Below, in pieces: positions 1 to 9,107 of a stretch of 64,000 nt of DNA. Below the pieces are notes generated by a model, which saw only the letters and a list, made by a program, of their open reading frames with translations, was not told the origin of the DNA and searched no databases. Each line of letters begins with the position of its first letter. Position 1 is the first letter of the stretch. Source of the stretch: Nitrosopumilus sp. (GTDB lineage: Archaea; Thermoproteota; Nitrososphaeria; Nitrososphaerales; Nitrosopumilaceae); NCBI GenBank assembly GCA_963662625.1, contig OY759726.1, forward strand, positions 1,184,001 through 1,248,000, read 5' to 3'. The position numbers and the translations under genes were made by a program.

Positions 1-90
1 GGCATGTCCGTGGTCAACATCGACAACGGGATAGCGGCGGGCGCGATGGCTGCAAACATCGCCAACAGGGCCTCGAGGAGGGCCGGATAG
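1..90 (+). CDS. larB: 3' end of LarB-like (PurE/NCAIR-mutase-related) nickel-pincer cofactor biosynthesis protein, partial
   Basis: Frame 1 reads GMSVVNIDNGIAAGAMAANIANRASRRAG*; VVNIDNG is the conserved LarB C-terminal motif. Confidence 0.75.
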   Translation, partial: GMSVVNIDNGIAAGAMAANIANRASRRAG

Positions 91-152
91 CTGCGGCGAC
101 CCCCAACTTTTCTCGTAAATGATATATATCATACCAGAACGAAGTTTTATGA

Positions 153-1730
153 TTGGCTGGAAAACGAATCGTGCTCACGGCGGACCGCAGTCTGATGACG
201 AACTACAGGGGCAACTTCCTCTACGGGTTCATCGCGTGCGGGCCGTACGAGGTCCTCCCGGAATGGGTGTTCGACAAGGTGTTCTGCCCGGCCGTGGAGA
301 CCGATCCCGCCACCGGGGAGTCCAAGGTAGCCCAGGTGGGGCTGCGAAGGGTGGAGAGCGCCCTGCTCCAGGGATACGACCGCCAGGACGTCTTCATCGC
401 CAACCCTGAGATGCTCGAAAAGTCGATAGGGGCCGACACCAAGGTCGTGGGGATAAACGTGATGGATCCGCTCGGGATGGCACCCGTCACCACCACGATG
501 TCGCCAGAAAAGCTGTCGTACGTCGCGATGAAGTTCAAGAAGATGTGCGCGAGCATAATCCAGCTGAAGAAGAAGTACGACTTCCACGTGGTGGTCGGGG
601 GGAACGGCGCGTGGGAGCTGGCCAAGTCGGACAGGATGAGGATCCACGGGATCGACACGGTGGTGGTCGGCGAGGCAGACGAGCTGGCCCTGGACCTGTT
701 CAACGACCTGGAGAAGGGCGACGCGCCAGAACTGATGCACTGCTTCGTGAAGAACATCCAGAACATCCCTGTCATAGAGGGCCCCACGATCAACTCCCTG
801 ATCGAGGCCATGCGGGGATGCGGGAGGGGGTGCGACTTTTGCGACGTGAACAAGAGGTCGAAGAAGGACCTGCCGCTCGACAGGCTGAAGAAGGAGGCGA
901 GGATAAACCTGGACTACGGGTTCGACTCCATCTGGCTCCACTCCGACGAGATGCTGCTGTACGGGTGCGACAACAGGGACTTTGTCCCCAACAGGGAGGC
1001 GATAACGGACCTGTGGAAGGGCCTCAAGGGCATGGGGGCGAACTTTGTCGGCACCACGCACATGACGTTTTCCGCAGTGGCGGCGGATCCGCAGCTGATG
1101 CAGCAGATCTCGAGGATCAACAGGCAGGACGAGACGGGGAGGTGGCTTGCCACCAACCTCGGGATCGAGACGGTCGCCCCGGACATGGTGAAAAAACATC
1201 TGGGGGTCAAGACGCGGCCGTTCGCTCCCGAGGAGTGGGGCAGCGTGGTGAGGGAGGGCGCGAAGATCCTCAACGAGAACCACTGGTTCCCCGCCGCGAC
1301 GATCATCATCGGGTGGCCGGACGAGACCCCCGACGACATCCAGCACACCATCGACATGATGGGGGACTTCAGGGAGATGGACTTTAGGGGGCTGGTGGCA
1401 CCGCTGCTCTACCAGGACTTCAGCGAGAAGAACTCCATGCACTTTGGGAACCTCAACGAGGCCCAGTTCACGCTGTTCTGGAGGTGCTGGGAGAACAACC
1501 TGAGGGTGATCAACGACATCATCCCAATCATCCTCCGCAACAAGACCTACGGGCCGCCGATGAAGGTCTTCATGTACGGGATCCTCAAGGCGGGGACGTG
1601 GGCGATAATGAGGTACCTGCGGGGCCTGTGCAAGGACCTCTTCAACGGCAGGACGCCAGACGAGATAATAGACAAGTACGCCAGGAGCAGGTCGGTGTCT
1701 GCGCCCAAAATCCAGACCAAGAAGCTCTGA
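153..1730 (+). CDS. B12-binding-domain radical SAM protein, possibly GDGT ring synthase (Grs family)
   Basis: 525 aa, TTG start after TATA-like GATATATAT; CGRGCDFC (CxxxCxxC) motif; N-terminal IVLTADRSLM and VVGGNGAW motifs; Grs assignment is from recalled similarity only. Confidence 0.8.
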   Translation: MAGKRIVLTADRSLMTNYRGNFLYGFIACGPYEVLPEWVFDKVFCPAVETDPATGESKVAQVGLRRVESALLQGYDRQDVFIANPEMLEKSIGADTKVVGINVMDPLGMAPVTTTMSPEKLSYVAMKFKKMCASIIQLKKKYDFHVVVGGNGAWELAKSDRMRIHGIDTVVVGEADELALDLFNDLEKGDAPELMHCFVKNIQNIPVIEGPTINSLIEAMRGCGRGCDFCDVNKRSKKDLPLDRLKKEARINLDYGFDSIWLHSDEMLLYGCDNRDFVPNREAITDLWKGLKGMGANFVGTTHMTFSAVAADPQLMQQISRINRQDETGRWLATNLGIETVAPDMVKKHLGVKTRPFAPEEWGSVVREGAKILNENHWFPAATIIIGWPDETPDDIQHTIDMMGDFREMDFRGLVAPLLYQDFSEKNSMHFGNLNEAQFTLFWRCWENNLRVINDIIPIILRNKTYGPPMKVFMYGILKAGTWAIMRYLRGLCKDLFNGRTPDEIIDKYARSRSVSAPKIQTKKL

Positions 1731-1772
1731 TCCCCGGCGCCGTCCCGAACGCGGGGCTTGGGGCCCGGCCCC

Positions 1773-2096
1773 TCACATCTTTTCGATGGCCACGTCAGCT
1801 ATCGTGTTGCGCTTGGGGGTGAGGCAGACGAAGTAGTTCTTGTCGGCCCTCTCTATCCCGCCTACCTTTTTGAAGGATCCCGACGACACGTCGAACTCGT
1901 ATATCCCCTGCTCCAGGGATCCCTTCGCGTAGATCATTAGGTAGGAGTTCCCCGACGTCGGGCTCAGGGGGATGAATGACATCACGTAGCCCTTGTACGA
2001 GTTTACCGGCATGGTGTTCTTCATGGGCGGGGCGGCCGACGCCATGTACAGGAAGATGTCCTCTATCTTGTCAAACTCCTCGTACTCTATCTGCAT
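1773..2096 (-). CDS. Conserved hypothetical protein
   Basis: 107-aa ORF with typical codon usage; TTATTATA TATA-like element about 25 bp upstream. Confidence 0.75.
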   Translation of the reverse strand: MQIEYEEFDKIEDIFLYMASAAPPMKNTMPVNSYKGYVMSFIPLSPTSGNSYLMIYAKGSLEQGIYEFDVSSGSFKKVGGIERADKNYFVCLTPKRNTIADVAIEKM

Positions 2097-2127
2097 GGAG
2101 AATGGTGGCCGGCTTCAGTATAATAAC

Positions 2128-3261
2128 CTAGAGCCTTGCGGCCGACTGCCTGGACTTGAGGTGCCTGTGCACCTTGAAGCCTACGAGCGCCGGCGCGGCG
2201 ACGTACATCCCTAGGTTCAGCGCGATCACGGAGGCGCCCAGCCCCAGCACCTCGGCCTCGGAACCGGGGTCCGCCAGGGTCATTATTGACAGGGTCGCCA
2301 TCATCGGCGTGATGAACGCGCGCACCGCCTCCCTGAATGCCTGGTTCTCCCGTTCCAGGTCGGCTACCGCCGGAGAGAACGAATAGTACCACTGGTTGAA
2401 GCCGTCCATGAACGCGGCGCCAGACGACGTGCTCATGACCACGTTGTCGCGCACCTCCCTGAGGGACTGCACCTGGTGGGCCATCTCGGAGCCGTATGCC
2501 GCAGTCGCGATCAGGCAACCGCCGCCATTCCCGTCGCCAGTCTGGACCGGCACGCACTGCCCATCTACCGCCATCGTGCCTTCGCCGCAGACCACGGAAG
2601 CGGGCTTGTCTATGCACTGCCCATCCACCAGGTCCTGGTCCGGGCCGCAGGTGACCGGCTGGGGCATCCTGTCTATGCACTGCCCATCCACCAGGTCCTG
2701 GTCCGGGCCGCAGGTGACCGGCTGGGGCATCCTGTCTATGCACTGCCCATCCACCAGGTCCTGGTCCGGGCCGCAGGTGACCGGCTGGGGCATCCTGTCT
2801 ATGCACTGCCCATCCACCAGGTCCTGGTCCGGGCCGCAGGTGACAGGCTGGGGCGCCGGCGCGGCCTCGCCCCCGGCGTACACCACGACCGTCTTGCCGC
2901 CCTGGGCGCCGAAGCGCACCTCGATGGAGTAGTCGCCGGCGGCCTTCCACATGGGGATCGCGGCCACGAACGAGGCGGAGAACGTGCCGTCTGACCCGGG
3001 CGTGACCTGCCCGATGTCCACCAGCGCGCCGTTGGGGGCCTTTATCATGATGAGGACGTCCTGGCCCGCGTCATCGGCGGGGTCGTAGTCACGTATGCTC
3101 CCGCTGACGTTTACCCGGTCGCCGTTCCCGTACGACGGGAGCTCGGTTGATACCGAGATCGGCGGTATGTTATGGGAGTCCGCAAGCGCGCTGTCGCTTG
3201 CGCCATAAGACAAAAGCGAAACGGTCAACAACATTACAGCTAAGGGCCCCCTGATCCTCAT
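2128..3261 (-). CDS. Secreted surface protein with Ig-like domain, Cys-rich tandem repeats and CFI-box-CTERM-type C-terminus
   Basis: Signal peptide from MRIRGPLAVMLL; GGGCLIATAAYGSEMA...LREVRDN motif and C-terminal TM; start chosen at 3261 by promoter spacing (ORF track extends to 3321). Confidence 0.85.
   Translation of the reverse strand: MRIRGPLAVMLLTVSLLSYGASDSALADSHNIPPISVSTELPSYGNGDRVNVSGSIRDYDPADDAGQDVLIMIKAPNGALVDIGQVTPGSDGTFSASFVAAIPMWKAAGDYSIEVRFGAQGGKTVVVYAGGEAAPAPQPVTCGPDQDLVDGQCIDRMPQPVTCGPDQDLVDGQCIDRMPQPVTCGPDQDLVDGQCIDRMPQPVTCGPDQDLVDGQCIDKPASVVCGEGTMAVDGQCVPVQTGDGNGGGCLIATAAYGSEMAHQVQSLREVRDNVVMSTSSGAAFMDGFNQWYYSFSPAVADLERENQAFREAVRAFITPMMATLSIMTLADPGSEAEVLGLGASVIALNLGMYVAAPALVGFKVHRHLKSRQSAARL
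2609..2854 (-). repeat. Intragenic tandem repeat, 63 bp x ~4 (PQPVTCGPDQDLVDGQCIDRM)
   Basis: Near-identical units starting at 2609, 2672, 2735 and 2798, plus a degenerate fifth unit (VVCGEGTMAVDGQCV). Confidence 0.95.
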
Positions 3262-3322
3262 TATTGCTCTTGAGTCGTGCTTGTGGGTATTTATGTATTC
3301 AATGAAAGAAAAATTGACCATG

Positions 3323-6300
3323 TTATACCCGAATTATGCCCTTTTTTACCAGGAACTGCACCATGCCGAGGAACTCGCCGTCGCTTATCACGCCCTTGGA
3401 CCACCACCCAGCGGCGTCCTTTGTCCAGGCGGGGACGTGCTCTGCCGTGCCGCGGCCCGCGGCCGGCGCGACTATGACCCCCTTGTCGACCAGGTGCCTG
3501 ACGCCCCCGGCGAACCCGGAGTCGGGCGCAGACGGGGAGGACCAGGCGCCGGCGGCGTCCTTCACCCAGTCGGGGATCCCGTAATCGTAGACCACGAAGG
3601 ATGCCGATCCCTCGTCCCTGTCTGCGTGGGACAGCTGGATCCTGTAGGTCCCGGGCGGCGTGTCACCCGAGATCGCAAAGGCCGCCCTGAACTTCCCCTT
3701 TGGGGAGAGGCCAGCCGCCCACGTCTCCTCGGCGCCGTCGGGATTGGTCAGGGTGACGGTCAGGGGGGCGCCCCTCTCGGGGCTTGCCACGCTACCCGAC
3801 ATGACGACCTCCGAGACGCCCCCGCCAAGCGGGACGGCCACCTCGTATGCGCTCAGCTGCGGCGAGGGCGGGATCCCCCTGGACAGCGAAAACACGCTCT
3901 GGTTGCCCGAGCCGTCGCGGTAGTCGTGGTACCTGGCGTCGATGCTGCCGCCCGCCGTGGAGACCAGCCTAGTGCCGGACCCGTTGCATATCTTCCCGGG
4001 CATCTTGAAGACTCCCGTGAAGACCCCGGAATCGGCCGACGTCTCGACCAGGGAGAACCCGGTCGCCGCCAGCCCGCCGTGCTCCACGCCGTCCACGGTG
4101 CAGCGCTTGTACCTCGTGTCCTTGATCAGGACCTCGAGCAGCACGCCCGCGCCGCCGCCGACGGTGTCCACGTACGGCGAGCGGGGATCGTCCACCACGC
4201 CGTAGGCGTCCACGACGTCGTGGCTCAGGTTCAGGTCGGGGTCGTGCAGCGTGAGGGTGACGGGCTGGCCGAAGCGGTACGTGTCGGAGTCCAGGAGGAT
4301 CCTGCCGGAGCTGGTGCCGGCGTCGGCCCTTGCCGACACGCCGGTCACCACGCCCACGTCGTCCAGGTCGGAATACGACACGGCAATCCCGCCGCTGCCC
4401 GCCAGCCTGTCTGCAACGACGAACTTCACGCCGTCGCCGATCGTCCTGACGTGCCGCGCGAACTCCGGGCCGGCGGCGTCCTGCCCGCCTGCCACGGAGT
4501 ACTCGATCGTGCCCGCAAACGTCGACGTGTCCGGGCCCGTCTCCTCCAGCTCGAAGCGGTATACCGCGTTGTTGACGGCGCCGCCGGCGGCCTCCCCGAA
4601 CGAGAAGAAGTCCATGATGATCGGGTGCACTGACCCGGAGCCCGGGACGTGCCCGGCGCCGGGGCCCCCAAAGTCCACCACGACGGAGGCCGCGCCGGCC
4701 GCGCCCCGGACGTCCGGCACGTCCAGCCGGACGAGCCCCTGCGGGGACGCGATCCCGCCGGGCGCCACGAGCGGGACCGGATCCGTGCCGGGCCCGCCGA
4801 AGAACAGGTCGATCGAGGCGCCAGAAAAGTCGGAGACCCCCAGGCCCGACTCGAGGGACCTAAAGTCGTAGTTGAGCCAGTTGGTGCCGCCGGGGCCGGC
4901 CAGGGCCGAGCCGAGCTCGGCGGCCGAGAACCCCAGGTCCAGCGAGATCCCCCTGAACGGGCCGGCGGGCAGCCCGGAGGTGTCTATGAACAGCCTGGCC
5001 GACGCCGCGTCCGGGACGGACGAGCCTGCCGGCATGCCCGCGCCGGGCGAGTCCCTGAAGAACTCGACGCCGGACGCGCCTGCCAGCGTTGGCGGGTCCC
5101 CTATCATGAGGGTCGGGATGGCAGCCGAGGCGCTAGAAGCATCCAGGGAGTCCCTTGCGCCGGAATTCAGGTTCTGATCCGCGTCGACCAGGACTACCGG
5201 GAACTCCTTCCCGGGAACCAGCGGCCTCGAGTCGTTCACGACCAGCGAGGATCCCCCGACGGCGATGCCCGCAGCCGAGGGGCCCGTCAGGACGGATACC
5301 GAGTCCCTGTCGTACGTGATGGAGCCGGCATGGCCCCTCGGGGCGCCGCCGAGGATCGATATCGTGGACATGCCGCCGTGGTCGGCGGTGTCAAACACGC
5401 CCGAGTTGGGGCCGCTCTCCACCAAGGTGACCAGCTGCGAGAACCCCGGGGCGCCGCCCAGGGACGCCCGCGGCTGCTCCGAGTTGGTCCCCAGGGAGAG
5501 CACCCTTCCGGCGCTGACGGCCAGCCTCCCGTTGTCCTCGAAGCCCAGCCCGGGGAGGCGCGTGGAGATGTCAGCCGGTTCGGCGCCGCCGCCCCGGCCC
5601 GTGCCGCCGAATGCCTGGTAGAAGACAGCCCCGGGCGTGCCGACGCCAAACGTCCACGAGTCCTCGTCTGTCGGGTCCTGGTTCAGCTGGGCGTCGCTGA
5701 CCGTCAGGAATACCTGGGCGCCCTGCGGGTAGCGCTCCCGGTCCACTCCCAGGGACGTGCCGGGGATCTCGCCGTACTCCAGCCTGACCTGCTGCGTGCC
5801 TGAGGCATGGTCGTACCTCACGGTGACGTCCCCGAAGGAGAACAACTGGATCAGGGGCCACGCGCCGGGATCCAGGCCGATCTGCCCCGGCGGGACGCCG
5901 GCGTCGGCGTTGAGGGGCCTGGCATTCCGCACCACGTTGTTGAGTCCCCCCAGGCCGTCCGGCTCCCCCGAGCACTCCGAGAGCCCGCCTGCCCCGTCTG
6001 CGAACCCGGACAGCCCGGACGGGGACGGGACGGCAAACCCGTCGGTGTCGGGGAATCCTATCCCGAACACGGCCGGGGGGGTGTCCCTGCCGCAGAAGAC
6101 TCCAAAGTCCAGCCCGCTCCCGGGGGATCCCGCGGCGGAGTCCGCCGCCCTGGCCATGTCCGCGTTTGCAAAGTACGCGTACCAGCTCCCGTCCCCTGCC
6201 TGGGCCATCCTAAGGGTCCGGCCGTTCAGGGTGACGTCGGGCTCGCCCCTGCCCTCGCCGGTGTCCCCGATGGCCGGATCCAGCACAGCCACCTCCACCA

Positions 6301-6445
6301 CCATCGACCCCGCAAAGTGGTTTCCGAACCGGGGGTTTTCGGCGGACACGTACAGGCTGGGGCCGGCCGCGTGGGCGGAGGGCAGCAGGATCGCTGCCGC
6401 GGCGGCGAGGATGGCGAGGGTCGACACCGTTTTACCGAGATGCAA
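3323..6445 (-). CDS. Large secreted S-layer-protein-like paralogue with thaumarchaeal C-terminal IPxWVK...W domain
   Basis: Signal peptide ending SAHA; N-terminus LYVSAENPRF...GEPDVTLNGRTLRM resembles Nitrosopumilus S-layer protein; repeated ETG/ESGxxSGxF motifs; TTG start inferred at 6445. Confidence 0.8.
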   Translation of the reverse strand: MHLGKTVSTLAILAAAAAILLPSAHAAGPSLYVSAENPRFGNHFAGSMVVEVAVLDPAIGDTGEGRGEPDVTLNGRTLRMAQAGDGSWYAYFANADMARAADSAAGSPGSGLDFGVFCGRDTPPAVFGIGFPDTDGFAVPSPSGLSGFADGAGGLSECSGEPDGLGGLNNVVRNARPLNADAGVPPGQIGLDPGAWPLIQLFSFGDVTVRYDHASGTQQVRLEYGEIPGTSLGVDRERYPQGAQVFLTVSDAQLNQDPTDEDSWTFGVGTPGAVFYQAFGGTGRGGGAEPADISTRLPGLGFEDNGRLAVSAGRVLSLGTNSEQPRASLGGAPGFSQLVTLVESGPNSGVFDTADHGGMSTISILGGAPRGHAGSITYDRDSVSVLTGPSAAGIAVGGSSLVVNDSRPLVPGKEFPVVLVDADQNLNSGARDSLDASSASAAIPTLMIGDPPTLAGASGVEFFRDSPGAGMPAGSSVPDAASARLFIDTSGLPAGPFRGISLDLGFSAAELGSALAGPGGTNWLNYDFRSLESGLGVSDFSGASIDLFFGGPGTDPVPLVAPGGIASPQGLVRLDVPDVRGAAGAASVVVDFGGPGAGHVPGSGSVHPIIMDFFSFGEAAGGAVNNAVYRFELEETGPDTSTFAGTIEYSVAGGQDAAGPEFARHVRTIGDGVKFVVADRLAGSGGIAVSYSDLDDVGVVTGVSARADAGTSSGRILLDSDTYRFGQPVTLTLHDPDLNLSHDVVDAYGVVDDPRSPYVDTVGGGAGVLLEVLIKDTRYKRCTVDGVEHGGLAATGFSLVETSADSGVFTGVFKMPGKICNGSGTRLVSTAGGSIDARYHDYRDGSGNQSVFSLSRGIPPSPQLSAYEVAVPLGGGVSEVVMSGSVASPERGAPLTVTLTNPDGAEETWAAGLSPKGKFRAAFAISGDTPPGTYRIQLSHADRDEGSASFVVYDYGIPDWVKDAAGAWSSPSAPDSGFAGGVRHLVDKGVIVAPAAGRGTAEHVPAWTKDAAGWWSKGVISDGEFLGMVQFLVKKGIIRV

Positions 6446-6763
6446 CAGGTACGATGGCGGCCCGCCACAAATAACCTTGTCGCACGATTCCCACCTTAAT
6501 AGGCGGGGGGCGCAACGTGGCGCGGGAGATGCGTTTTCGCGGCTGATCGGGGTGCCGCAGGCGTCGCTGGCCGCCACGTTCTCGGAGTTCCCGGCAGGGC
6601 TGGCGTTCGGACTACGGCGCGGGGACCGTGGGGGTCAGGGTGCCGGACGTGGGCATTTTCAGGATGGGGTTCGCTCACCGGATCCCCGAGGATGTGGAGC
6701 GGGGGATGCGGGACGGCGTGGGGGATCGAGCAGGCCACCGCGCACCCGGAGCCGTCGCGGGGG

Positions 6764-7939
6764 TCAGACCGCGATGCTGGTGACGTACATCACCAGCATC
6801 CCGACGGCGACGCCGGCCGCTACGGGCGCGCTTGAGAGGTTCCGGTCGCCCTCCGCCCTGATCATCCTCATGATCACCAGTATGACCTGGAATATCGCGC
6901 CGGCGCCTACCGAGAGGAACACGACGGACGCGAGCGGCGAGAACGCGAACCCGCCGGTCCACGCGCCGAGGATCGCGGGCCCCCCGGCGATCATCCCCAG
7001 GGCGGCCAGCCGGCCCAGTACGGCCTTCTCCCTGGACAGCGGCGCCGCGATGGCGATCCCCTCCGTGGTGTTGTGTATCGCAAATCCCACTATCAGGAAC
7101 GAGCTGAACGCCATGGAGCCCATCCCCACGGCGGCGCCGATGGCCAGCCCCTCGCCGAAGTTGTGCAGGCCGATCCCGACTGCGATCATCAGGGCCACCG
7201 CAAACGGCCCGCCGAGCCGGGGGTCTGCGGCCCGGGCCAGCCGGTCGCCGGAGTAGTACAGTCCCAGGAATGCCAGGACGATCACGGTGGCCACCAGCAG
7301 GACGCCGTTGAAGCTGCCCGCCAGGTTCTCGCCGGACACGGCCAGTGCCTCCTCGACGGAGTCGATCCCTAGGAACAGCAGCAGCCCGGCGGTCAGGGCC
7401 AGGAAGAAGTGGTACTTTGCCCTGCTGATCCTCCTGATGAACGGGAGCCACAGGAGGCCTATGGCCACGGGGATTACCCCGACGTATGTGCCGATTATTG
7501 CGAAGAATCCGAACAGCTCGGGGCTGGGTTCCAGCGCGGGGGCCGCGGCCTTCACCTCCCTCTCGAACCGCGTCCCGTCCTGTATGGTGAGCCCGATCAC
7601 GTACGGCTCGGCCTCGTTCCACTCGAAGGGGATCCTCACGGTGCCGGCCTCGTACCTGCCGAGGAACCTGTCGGGCTCCACGGCGGCAGGCTGTATCCTG
7701 TCGTTCACGTCGGCCATGACGACCTCCACGGGGACTGGGCCCGTGTTCCTCACGGTGACGACGATCTCCGATCCCGCAAAGTCGATCTTTTCCAGGGATA
7801 TCTCCGGCAGCGGCACCCCGAGGTCCAGCAGCTCCGAGCCCGGCCCGAAGACGTACGCGACCAGCGCCACCAGGAGCAGGAAGGGGGCGACCCCGCTTGC
7901 CACCGTCCTGCCCCTGGACGACCTTCTGCCAAGCTCCAT
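6764..7939 (-). CDS. ZIP family divalent metal transporter with N-terminal extracellular Ig-like domain
   Basis: GLHNFGEGLAIG and IHNTTEGIAI ZIP motifs; multiple TM helices; directly follows the MCO gene. Confidence 0.9.
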   Translation of the reverse strand: MELGRRSSRGRTVASGVAPFLLLVALVAYVFGPGSELLDLGVPLPEISLEKIDFAGSEIVVTVRNTGPVPVEVVMADVNDRIQPAAVEPDRFLGRYEAGTVRIPFEWNEAEPYVIGLTIQDGTRFEREVKAAAPALEPSPELFGFFAIIGTYVGVIPVAIGLLWLPFIRRISRAKYHFFLALTAGLLLFLGIDSVEEALAVSGENLAGSFNGVLLVATVIVLAFLGLYYSGDRLARAADPRLGGPFAVALMIAVGIGLHNFGEGLAIGAAVGMGSMAFSSFLIVGFAIHNTTEGIAIAAPLSREKAVLGRLAALGMIAGGPAILGAWTGGFAFSPLASVVFLSVGAGAIFQVILVIMRMIRAEGDRNLSSAPVAAGVAVGMLVMYVTSIAV

Positions 7940-7940
7940 C

Positions 7941-8981
7941 CTACGTCCCCCCGGGCGCCTCTCCGGGGCCGTCGGCGGCCAGGAAGATCCCGACCCACCC
8001 CTTCTCGGAGAATTCCACCTTGTGCGCATGGAACAGGTACTTTCCGGGGTACGCGTACTCGAACTCCATTATCCCCCGCTCCGTCTGCGACAGCGTCACC
8101 ATGTCGGTGTAAAACGAGGGCACGGTGTGGGTGCCGGTGGGGTAGTAGTAGAACAGGTTGCCGTGCAGGTGGAAGTTGTTGATCGGGTCAAACTCCACCA
8201 TGTTTACCACGTAGACGCGGATCAGCTCGTTGGTGCTTATCTGGATCGGGTGGTGCTGGTAGTAGAACGGGATCGTGTTTGCGGCGTAGAAGTTGTTCTC
8301 GGTGTCAAAGTCGGTGTCCAGCCCGTTGAGCACCATCACCATCTCGTCGGCCGGAGCACGCCCCTCCTTGGGATCGACGATGTAGACGCCGTACAGCCCG
8401 TGCACGATGTGCTCCTCCAGCGGCATCACGTGGCAGTGGTACGGGTGGACGCCCACCGGCCCGGCCACGAACTCGTAGGTGAACTTCCCGCCTCCCGGCC
8501 CCACGGGCTCGAACACGCCGTCCATCCCGGCCGGGTGGATCCCGTGAAAGTGCATTGTGTGGGTCTTGGAGCCGTTGTTCACGAAGTTGATCCGCACCAG
8601 GTCGCCCTCGGTGGCCCTGATGGTCGGGCCGGGCACCGACCCGTTGAACGTCCACGCGTTGTAGAACACGCCCGGCGCGACCTCCATCACCTTGTCGTCC
8701 TCGGCGACTATGGTGTATTCCCTCACCACGGTGCCGTCGGGCAGCGTGGACACCTCGCCGTAGTCAAAGTCGCGCAGGTACTCCATGGGATCAAACTCCA
8801 TGGTGGACTCTGCGTAAAGCGGGTCGATCACGTCCCCCGTAGTCTTGACTATCCCGCCGGTGTGCGTCACGAAGATCCTCTCCACCAGCTGCGCCTCGGT
8901 GACGGACGGGAGCACCGCGACCGAAAGCCCCGCCGCCATGACCACCGCGAGGCCCATTAGGAGTGATCTGCTGGGCTTCAA
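7941..8981 (-). CDS. Secreted two-domain multicopper oxidase (type-1 Cu site in domain 1)
   Basis: HTMHFHG, YHCHVMPLEEHIVHGL, FHLHG and FHAH copper motifs; TTG start at 8981 inferred from TATA box at 9005-9012. Confidence 0.9.
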   Translation of the reverse strand: MKPSRSLLMGLAVVMAAGLSVAVLPSVTEAQLVERIFVTHTGGIVKTTGDVIDPLYAESTMEFDPMEYLRDFDYGEVSTLPDGTVVREYTIVAEDDKVMEVAPGVFYNAWTFNGSVPGPTIRATEGDLVRINFVNNGSKTHTMHFHGIHPAGMDGVFEPVGPGGGKFTYEFVAGPVGVHPYHCHVMPLEEHIVHGLYGVYIVDPKEGRAPADEMVMVLNGLDTDFDTENNFYAANTIPFYYQHHPIQISTNELIRVYVVNMVEFDPINNFHLHGNLFYYYPTGTHTVPSFYTDMVTLSQTERGIMEFEYAYPGKYLFHAHKVEFSEKGWVGIFLAADGPGEAPGGT

Positions 8982-9004
8982 CTGAGATGTAAGCCGGGCC
9001 TGCT

Positions 9005-9050
9005 TATTTAAAGTTAGCATGGACTAACTTTTTTAACCCAGGCTAACTTT
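9005..9050 (-). promoter_or_regulatory. TATA box plus tandem palindromic operator (DtxR/MntR-like) for the MCO-ZIP operon
   Basis: AAAGTTAG-N6-CTAACTTT at 9010-9031 and a second TTAA-N6-CTAACTTT at 9033-9050, abutting TTTAAATA on the minus strand. Confidence 0.65.
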
Positions 9051-9107
9051 TTGGGGCCGATCCCCCCGCGAAACTAGGTTTAAACTGAGGCGCGCGCGCC
9101 ACAAGTC

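Noticed and set aside
2609-2854. 63-bp repeat as CRISPR or DGR template/variable repeats
   Set aside because: The units are contiguous coding repeats, with no spacers, no reverse transcriptase and no adenine-specific variation
6500-6760. Possible gene remnant or ncRNA between the S-layer-like and ZIP genes
   Set aside because: I could not support any recognisable motif, start or convincing structure
7941-8981. Calling the multicopper protein NirK
   Set aside because: HxH motifs in both domains indicate a trinuclear-site oxidase, and the operon context is metal transport
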